Positions 58,757 through 63,976 of a stretch of 64,000 nucleotides of DNA are shown piece after piece (position 1 is the first letter of the stretch; every line of letters starts with the position of its first letter). The position numbers were made by a program, and so were the translations under genes. Below the pieces are notes generated by a model. The model was not told the origin of the DNA and searched no databases. It saw only the letters and a program-made list of their open reading frames with translations. This DNA comes from a virus: positions 70,940 through 134,939 of IMG/VR virus record IMGVR_UViG_3300010401_000033; one strand, written 5' to 3'.

Positions 58757-59297
58757 CAACGCCATTGACCAATTGCTGTACTACCGCCATGCGAACGGCG
58801 CCCTAGCGATCCTAGCGAACGGCGCCTCACTCCTCACCTTTGCCACCGCACAGGTGTCCAGCAATCAGAATCAAATCCCTGCAAATACTTCCGCCTATAA
58901 AGTCACATTCAACTCAAATGATTTGTTAATTGGTGTATCTCACACAATAGGTGACTCTCGCATATTTGTTTTGTCAAACGGGTGGTACAGAATTACAGCA
59001 TCGGGTAACTATCTTAAGAATACAGGGGGCACTACATTCAGGATCGTGGATTGCTGGGTGCGAAGAAATAATGTGGATGTAACAGGCACTACAACACGAA
59101 CCCCTATTCTTAATGCAATGGTGGATATTCCAATGAACATGGAGACATTATTGAGGTTAAATTCAAATGATTATATTGAATTGGTTCAGGCGATAGATTC
59201 TACAACAGGAGGGGCTGGTTTGAGAACTGCGGTTGGATTAAGTGGAGCACCGGACATACGATCTGCGTCTTTAAGTATTACAAAGATTGCGAATTAG
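58683..59297 (+). CDS. fibre tip protein with a C1q/TNF-like C-terminal domain
   Basis: Same N-terminus as 58122; V.FN, G.Y.I, W.R.N..D, L...DYIEL. Confidence 0.65.
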   Translation: MVVKVKHSSNTGNTPVSLANGELALNAIDQLLYYRHANGALAILANGASLLTFATAQVSSNQNQIPANTSAYKVTFNSNDLLIGVSHTIGDSRIFVLSNGWYRITASGNYLKNTGGTTFRIVDCWVRRNNVDVTGTTTRTPILNAMVDIPMNMETLLRLNSNDYIELVQAIDSTTGGAGLRTAVGLSGAPDIRSASLSITKIAN

Positions 59298-59300
59298 GTT

Positions 59301-59375
59301 TGGTGCACCGCCCAGGAATTGCACCCGGTTCCCCTGGTTAAAAGCCAGGTAATCATCTACTAAATTTTGCGGTGC
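59301..59375 (-). tRNA. tRNA-Lys(UUU)
   Basis: Cloverleaf; CCTGG-CTTTTAA-CCAGG; CCA encoded; T-loop TGCAATT. Confidence 0.85.
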
Positions 59376-59380
59376 GTATA

Positions 59381-59454
59381 TGGTCGACCCTACAGGTTAC
59401 GCTCCTGTCTCTCCACAATGTCAATGTGGCATCTTGCTAATGGACGAAGGGTCG
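59381..59454 (-). tRNA. tRNA-Val(GAC)
   Basis: CCACA-TTGACAT-TGTGG; CCA; T-loop AGCGTAA. Confidence 0.8.
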
Positions 59455-59457
59455 TCG

Positions 59458-59534
59458 TGGTCTCCCTGACAGGACTCGAACCTGCATAATCGCTGGGTCG
59501 AAACCAGCGTGGCTTCCATTGCCGTCACAGGGAG
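59458..59534 (-). tRNA. tRNA-Arg(UCG)
   Basis: GCTGG-TTTCGAC-CCAGC; canonical T-loop; CCA. Confidence 0.8.
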
Positions 59535-59535
59535 G

Positions 59536-59937
59536 TTAGATCAAAAAGTCTCTCCACTTGATATCAAAAATACAATTCTCAGGAGCCCCACGAAACATCG
59601 GGGCGATCTGTGCATCCGTATATCCTGCCAAGCCACAACCTATGCGGGTGACAAAAAATACCTCATGCTCGTAGTATCGTGCGTATTCTAAAAAATCCTT
59701 CACCTGATGGTGAATATACTCCAATGCCAAAACATCAAGGTCTGCGCCCTTGGTAGGAATCGCATAGGATTGCCCGGTGAGTCCAATCCCTACTCCGTTC
59801 TTTGCTCCATAGTTCTCACGGGCACACTTCGCGGCTCCCGCTCCATGACGCCCTGCGAGGTTCGAGCCAAACACAAAGATACAGTCCTTGTACGCGGAAG
59901 AATGCCTTGGATAATCTTCATCAAAAAATAACATCAC
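59536..59937 (-). CDS. conserved phage protein, possibly macrodomain-like
   Basis: IFVFGSNLAGRHGAGAA, SYAIPTK, VTRIGCGLAGY; function tentative. Confidence 0.65.
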   Translation of the reverse strand: MMLFFDEDYPRHSSAYKDCIFVFGSNLAGRHGAGAAKCARENYGAKNGVGIGLTGQSYAIPTKGADLDVLALEYIHHQVKDFLEYARYYEHEVFFVTRIGCGLAGYTDAQIAPMFRGAPENCIFDIKWRDFLI

Positions 59938-59945
59938 ATCCTTAA

Positions 59946-60022
59946 TGGTGCCACTGGTGGGATTCTAACCCACAATTTCCCGCTTAGGAGGCGAGCGCAT
60001 TGTACAGTTATGCTACAGCGGC
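59946..60022 (-). tRNA. tRNA-Arg(CCU)
   Basis: CTCGC-CTCCTAA-GCGGG; CCA; T-loop TTAGAAT. Confidence 0.88.
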
Positions 60023-60023
60023 G

Positions 60024-60227
60024 TTAGTCCTTCATCGTGGGCTTAAACCACATGAGCGATTCAACACACTCCTCAAACATTTCGTCCGTAATCAATCCCT
60101 GCAATTGCATGATATGAAACGCATTCATCAGGAATCCCCACTTCTGCCACTCCAAGTCCTCGCGGATACCTTCATCCGTAAAGTCCTGTGGGTTTCTGAT
60201 TTCACGTTTAATCTCGGTCAATCGCAT
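60024..60227 (-). CDS. hypothetical protein
   Basis: MRLTEIKREIRNPQDF...; AAGGA SD; lies between tRNAs. Confidence 0.55.
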   Translation of the reverse strand: MRLTEIKREIRNPQDFTDEGIREDLEWQKWGFLMNAFHIMQLQGLITDEMFEECVESLMWFKPTMKD

Positions 60228-60242
60228 AATGTTCCTTTGGTA

Positions 60243-60318
60243 TGGTCCCCCTGGCAGGAGTTTAACCTGCGGTCTCCTTGTTAGAAGCAAGGCATGTTGT
60301 ACGCTACACCACAGAGGG
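60243..60318 (-). tRNA. tRNA-Arg(UCU)
   Basis: CCTTG-CTTCTAA-CAAGG; CCA; T-loop TTAAACT. Confidence 0.88.
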
Positions 60319-60327
60319 ATAACTTAG

Positions 60328-60410
60328 ATGGTAGAGGTCATCACTCCTCACTTATCCCACCCCAGCCTCATCGACCAGACTATGGGCTTCGTAGATTGTA
60401 TCCTACCATC
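60328..60410 (-). ncRNA. unknown multibranched small RNA candidate
   Basis: GATGGTAG/CTACCATC closing stem with internal hairpins. Confidence 0.45.
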
Positions 60411-60420
60411 ATAAAAACGA

Positions 60421-60478
60421 TGCACAGAAGAGGAATCGAACCTCAATATGGGGCGCCCCATAATGCCCAGTCTGTGCA
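60421..60478 (-). ncRNA. mini tRNA-like RNA lacking an anticodon loop
   Basis: GCACAGA/TCTGTGC acceptor; GAGG-TTCGATT-CCTC T-arm; TATGGG-GCGC-CCCATA arm; no D-stem and no CCA. Confidence 0.65.
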
Positions 60479-60483
60479 ACGAT

Positions 60484-60557
60484 TGGTGCTCCCACCGGGT
60501 GCTGCCCCCGGCTCTCCAGATTGAGAATCTGGCGATCTACTGATAATCTATGGGAGC
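60484..60557 (-). tRNA. tRNA-Glu(CUC)
   Basis: CCAGA-TTCTCAA-TCTGG; CCA; T-loop GGCAGCA. Confidence 0.8.
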
Positions 60558-60625
60558 GTAATGCTAGGGGCCCCACTTGAGGACCCCGTATGCTCATTTC
60601 CTACACATGGTAGGTGAGCGGTGAT

Positions 60626-60960
60626 TGGTGGAGCCGCCGGGAATTGCACCCGGGTCCAAAAACAACGTCGAAGGGGATTTTCATGCTAGACGATCTAACT
60701 GGATTGCCAACAAGGATCGTCAACCTGTTGGATATCGGAGCGAACATCCATCTAACCGTCCACGTAAAGGATGGGAACTTTACGATTTGACCTATAATGA
60801 CGTTTCCCCACATATAGGTGTCTGTGGTTCAACGGGCGGGGATTATGCCGCCATTGCAAACTCGCGTTCGACAATTCTGGTTTTCTAAGTTTTTACAGGG
60901 CCCTAGTCCCTGGCATGTCCTGTGCTTCTCTGTACGTCTCTGTCGATCCTGTGCGACCCC
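60626..60960 (-). ncRNA. ssrA: tmRNA
   Basis: 5' GGGGTCG..TCGAC and 3' CCGGGTGCAATTCCCGGCGGCTCCACCA with a G3-U Ala pair; tag ORF VEREFAMAA* at 60843-60872. Confidence 0.92.
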
Positions 60961-61056
60961 TTTCTCTGATTAAATAATTCTTCTAACTTACCTTCGCGGT
61001 CGAGTCTATCACACAACTCTGTAATTTGATTCACTAGCGCAAAGTAAGTACCCATG

Positions 61057-61284
61057 TTACCAACTATCGTAATCCGTCAAATCAATTACCGCGCCAGTAA
61101 CAGTATTCTCAACCTTAAGCACGGTGCCTATCGACGTGGGGGTAAAGTGATACGTGTACGCCCCGCCTATCGCTCCGTAGTGAGGACACTCACAACCTTC
61201 TTTGGTGGCCTGCCAAATCTTGTCCTGCTCCTCTATAAATGCGTTAATCTTTTCCTGTTCCTCGGGCGTCACATGAAACTTCAT
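61057..61284 (-). CDS. conserved hypothetical phage protein
   Basis: GAIGG.Y.Y.FTPTSIG....V, DLTDY..W. Confidence 0.65.
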   Translation of the reverse strand: MKFHVTPEEQEKINAFIEEQDKIWQATKEGCECPHYGAIGGAYTYHFTPTSIGTVLKVENTVTGAVIDLTDYDSW

Positions 61285-61616
61285 AATAAATTCCTTCTTT
61301 GCTTCCTTCGTTTATTCCCCTCTTCTAATGCCACTTTCCAAGAAGGTAGTTTTGTCAAATCCAAAACATTTTCTCTCGGAGTACCCCAGTATAAATGCTT
61401 TGGGTTGCAACAGAGGCTATTATTACAAGCGTGGCATAGGTATACTCGACCCATTCCCTTTGGAATGGTTGTTCTCAACTCATACGCCAGAAGGGCCCTG
61501 TATTCCGTGGAACATCTACCACCCAGTTCGATACAAGGTTCACTAAGGTCAAGGTGCGCTTGTCGCTCCTTTAGTTCCCTTGTGATATAGGTATAAATGT
61601 TCTCAAAAATCAACAT
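61281..61616 (-). CDS. HNH-type (His-Cys) endonuclease-like protein
   Basis: CHACNN..CCNP.HLYWGT..EN..D. Confidence 0.75.
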   Translation of the reverse strand: MLIFENIYTYITRELKERQAHLDLSEPCIELGGRCSTEYRALLAYELRTTIPKGMGRVYLCHACNNSLCCNPKHLYWGTPRENVLDLTKLPSWKVALEEGNKRRKQRRNLL

Positions 61617-61624
61617 AATATGAG

Positions 61625-61715
61625 TGGCGGAGAGAAGAGGACTTGCACCCCAACGCTTTTTACACGTCGATCTGCTTTCAAAACAGTCCCAATACGCTTG
61701 CCTGGTTTTCTCTCC
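61625..61715 (-). tRNA. tRNA-Ser(UGA)
   Basis: Loop TTTGAAA; long variable arm; G73; CCA. Confidence 0.85.
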
Positions 61716-61717
61716 AT

Positions 61718-61807
61718 TTATTGCATTTTCAGAATTTCAGTGAGAGCCAACACCAATCCCATGAGCACCGCGGCTCCAAACCACACTAACACTTCTTTCC
61801 AACTCAT
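61718..61807 (-). CDS. small membrane peptide, 29 aa
   Basis: MSWKEVLVWFGAAVLMGLVLALTEILKMQ; AAGGA SD. Confidence 0.5.
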   Translation of the reverse strand: MSWKEVLVWFGAAVLMGLVLALTEILKMQ

Positions 61808-61815
61808 TATATCCT

Positions 61816-61903
61816 TGGCGGAAGAGACAGGATTTGAACCTGCGTGGCTGTTACACCGCATCGCTTTCCAAGCGAGCACCATTAGCCTCTCGGTCACTCT
61901 TCC
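61816..61903 (-). tRNA. tRNA-Ser(GGA)
   Basis: Loop TTGGAAA; long variable arm; CCA. Confidence 0.92.
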
Positions 61904-62311
61904 TTAAAATCGTTTCTGATACACTCGCCAAATCTTTTGTGCCACATCCAAATTAAAATGGGGCTTCTTATCTCTTACTTGCTTTTCATCTTCATCTGTC
62001 AACAGATATCGTGCCAATCCGACGGCGATGCCTGCGGATCGTGACATGCCTGCTTCACAGTGAATCACAATTCTATCAGAATCTAACAACCACTTCTCAA
62101 CGAAGTCTGCCACTTCAACCGCTTGGGCGTCTGAGAACCCCTGTTCATGCACTTCGTACCGCATCGTGTCTTTGAAGTGAAGATTCAGCCGTGCCAAACA
62201 ATCAACAGACTGGCGCGGGTGCTCTCTTCCAGGTGATACAATAGAAATCACGATATCACGGTTCGTGATGGGCTCAACACGAAATTCCTGCTCTGATAAC
62301 ACTCGAATCAT
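61904..62311 (-). CDS. PTP/dual-specificity phosphatase-like protein
   Basis: IHCEAGMSRS (CX5R). Confidence 0.8.
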   Translation of the reverse strand: MIRVLSEQEFRVEPITNRDIVISIVSPGREHPRQSVDCLARLNLHFKDTMRYEVHEQGFSDAQAVEVADFVEKWLLDSDRIVIHCEAGMSRSAGIAVGLARYLLTDEDEKQVRDKKPHFNLDVAQKIWRVYQKRF

Positions 62312-62323
62312 AATGTATCCTGC

Positions 62324-62411
62324 TGGCGGAAGGCTGAGGTCTTGATCCCCACGGTGTTACCCGCGATTCGCTTTCGAGGCGATCCCGACGCGCCCGTTCG
62401 GTTAACCTTCC
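62324..62411 (-). tRNA. tRNA-Ser(CGA)
   Basis: Loop CTCGAAA; long variable arm; CCA. Confidence 0.85.
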
Positions 62412-62418
62412 AAATACA

Positions 62419-62484
62419 GACCGCGTAGCAAGGTTCCTCTGGTCCCCTTTGCCGCATTCTCCTGTTCGGCGTGAACCCGCGGTC
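62419..62484 (-). ncRNA. unknown small structured RNA candidate
   Basis: Nested GACCGCG/CGCGGTC, GGTTC/GAACC and GCCG/CGGC stems. Confidence 0.5.
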
Positions 62485-62489
62485 ATTTA

Positions 62490-62576
62490 TGGCGGAAGAG
62501 AGAGGACTCGAACCCCACGGTGTTACCCGCGATCCGATTAGCAATCGGTCCAGTTACCCTGCACTGGTTCTCTTCC
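62490..62576 (-). tRNA. tRNA-Ser(GCU)
   Basis: Loop TTGCTAA; long variable arm; CCA. Confidence 0.9.
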
Positions 62577-62579
62577 AAG

Positions 62580-62656
62580 TGGTCTCCTCGGGTGGACTCG
62601 AACCACCGATCTCCACCTTCGCAGGGTGGCGTCTTATCCATCTGGACTACGAGGAG
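62580..62656 (-). tRNA. tRNA-Arg(GCG)
   Basis: CCACC-CTGCGAA-GGTGG; A20; CCA. Confidence 0.9.
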
Positions 62657-62668
62657 GTATGTGCTGAC

Positions 62669-62715
62669 AAGAGTAGCAATTATTTACCGGTGTCGTTATC
62701 ACACCCGCTACTCTT
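62669..62715 (-). ncRNA. small hairpin RNA candidate
   Basis: AAGAGTAGC/GCTACTCTT stem enclosing a GGTGT/ACACC hairpin. Confidence 0.45.
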
Positions 62716-62718
62716 ATA

Positions 62719-62793
62719 TGGTGCACCGCGTAGGAATCAAACCTACTTGATCCTGCTTGTAAAACAGGCGCCTATTCAATCGGCCTGCGGTGC
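62719..62793 (-). tRNA. tRNA-Val(UAC)
   Basis: CCTGT-TTTACAA-GCAGG; CCA; T-loop TTTGATT. Confidence 0.85.
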
Positions 62794-62798
62794 GTATA

Positions 62799-62874
62799 TG
62801 GAGCCCCCTGTCAGAATTGCACTGACCATCTCGACCTTACCAAGGTCTTGCCCCGCTCACTGGGCCTAGAGGGC
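62799..62874 (-). tRNA. tRNA-Thr(GGU)
   Basis: Loop TTGGTAA; CCA; T-loop TGCAATT. Confidence 0.85.
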
Positions 62875-62880
62875 GAATTT

Positions 62881-62950
62881 GTGATAAGTTGCTAAGTTAG
62901 ATTACTTTTGCCCGTTAGGGATTAGAGTTGCCAAAATAACAACTTATCAT
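62881..62950 (-). ncRNA. small structured RNA candidate
   Basis: 13-bp TGATAAGTTGTTA/TAGCAACTTATCA stem with inner TTTTG/CAAAA and CCC-TAAC-GGG. Confidence 0.45.
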
Positions 62951-62958
62951 ATTTAATA

Positions 62959-63236
62959 GGACAAACGATAAGCGGCGTTCTGTCGTGAACTAACATTTAT
63001 CTAGGAGTGTAATTACTCACACCCTCCAGCCTCCTACCCGCCAGATCGTATGCGAACAGCACACTGGCTTATTTGGAGTTGCACCGGATAGAGATTGCTG
63101 GTTTCACTTCCCCCTTGCGGGTTCTTCCTCACTGTGGCTCTAATCCTCGGATTACTCCGGGTGGTCGTTAGCCACTATCCTGTTCTCTGGTGCGCCGACT
63201 TTCCTCTGGCTTGCGCCAGCGTTAGTTTGTTTCTCC
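62959..63236 (-). ncRNA. rnpB: RNase P RNA (compact bacterial type-A-like)
   Basis: GAGGAAAGTCGGCG ... ACAGAACGCCGCTTA (P4); P2 CTAACG/TGTTAG; P3 with GCAA loop; P6 GAACAG/CTGTTC; L15 GGU; P18 with GTAA loop. Confidence 0.92.
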
Positions 63237-63242
63237 TATATG

Positions 63243-63320
63243 TGGTGCCGAAGGTGGGACTCGAACCCACAAGAAACTGGTTTTGAATCAGTTATGTCTG
63301 CCAATTGCAATCACTTCGGC
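63243..63320 (-). tRNA. tRNA-Leu(CAA), short variable loop
   Basis: Loop TTCAAAA; D-loop AATTGGCAGA; A73; CCA. Confidence 0.85.
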
Positions 63321-63562
63321 GGTAAAACTGTTGTGACATACTCACAACCTAATCCGTAGACAACGGTGATAATTCGTCCTCGTAATTCAACTTGAACAAT
63401 CTTTTGTTTCTTCTCCCCTAATGCTTCGAGGAGCCCATTACCTAATTTGGCACATCTACAGAGGTGCTCATAATCTGCCTTTGAGAGAACCATGCTGTAG
63501 CGTTCCTGCAAACGCTGCTTCGTGTGCTCAAATGAGTAGGCTCTGTCTTTCTTCGTTTTCAT
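63311..63562 (-). CDS. hypothetical protein; stop codon lies inside tRNA-Leu(CAA)
   Basis: MKTKKDRAYSFEH..RL.ERY....TTVLPPK*. Confidence 0.6.
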   Translation of the reverse strand: MKTKKDRAYSFEHTKQRLQERYSMVLSKADYEHLCRCAKLGNGLLEALGEKKQKIVQVELRGRIITVVYGLGCEYVTTVLPPK

Positions 63563-63563
63563 A

Positions 63564-63641
63564 TGGTGCCAGAGAAGGGACTCGAACCCCCAGGCGCTTC
63601 GTTTTAAGTGAAGCAGGTCTGCCAATTGCACTCACTCTGGC
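63564..63641 (-). tRNA. tRNA-Leu(UAA), short variable loop
   Basis: Loop CTTAAAA; D-loop AATTGGCAGA; CCA. Confidence 0.85.
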
Positions 63642-63645
63642 GTCA

Positions 63646-63720
63646 TGGAGCCCTTTACTGAACTTGCATCAGCCTATCCTGCTTACGAAACAGGCGCCTC
63701 GCTATCTAGGCTTAAAGGGC
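63646..63720 (-). tRNA. tRNA-Thr(CGU)
   Basis: CCTGT-TTCGTAA-GCAGG; CCA; T-loop TGCAAGT. Confidence 0.85.
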
Positions 63721-63724
63721 ATTA

Positions 63725-63802
63725 TGGTCAGGGAGGTGGGATTTGAACCCACAATCACTCGCTTCCGAAGCGAGTAGAGTAACCAGATTCTCCTACTCCC
63801 TG
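63725..63802 (-). tRNA. tRNA-Pro(CGG)
   Basis: CTCGC-TTCGGAA-GCGAG; C1-G72; CCA. Confidence 0.9.
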
Positions 63803-63813
63803 TTATTCTCGGT

Positions 63814-63893
63814 TCCCCCTCCTGTTACTAGCGGATGCAAGTTTCCTTGCCATGCAAACCTCCGCGCGGTCGGCACTCCTTACAGGAAGGGGA
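63814..63893 (-). ncRNA. unknown small structured RNA candidate
   Basis: TCCCCTTCCTGT/ACAGGAGGGGGA stem; GCGGA/TCCGC; GCAAG-GAAA-CTTGC GNRA hairpin. Confidence 0.55.
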
Positions 63894-63895
63894 TA

Positions 63896-63969
63896 TGGAG
63901 CGAGCACCGGATTCTGCCACCGGGACTGCGGGTTGGAAGCCCGCGGTTTTTCTTGTAAACTATGCTCGC
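63896..63969 (-). tRNA. tRNA-Gly(UCC)
   Basis: GCGGG-CTTCCAA-CCCGC; U73; CCA; T-loop GGCAGAA. Confidence 0.82.
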
Positions 63970-63976
63970 GTATGTA

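Noticed and set aside
1-59297. Stop-codon reassignment
   Set aside because: Conserved genes are full length in code 11, and TAG and TGA end genes at expected positions (for example gp33 and clpP end in TAG)
60243-60318. Possible amber suppressor tRNA (CTA within the loop)
   Set aside because: The 5-bp stem sets the loop as CT-TCT-AA, so the anticodon is UCU (Arg)
60328-60410. Hammerhead ribozyme (CGATGA...GAA)
   Set aside because: The core CUGANGA and GAAA are not correctly present or arranged
60567-60619. Two short hairpins between tmRNA and tRNA-Glu
   Set aside because: Short and imperfect; cannot be told apart from processing or stability hairpins
62347-62533. About 21-nt repeat (ccccacggtgttacccgcgat)
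   Set aside because: It is the shared variable arm of two tRNA-Ser genes, not an independent repeat element
63243-63320. Possible opal or Sec tRNA (TCA within the loop)
   Set aside because: The register gives CAA, and the body matches the neighbouring tRNA-Leu(UAA)
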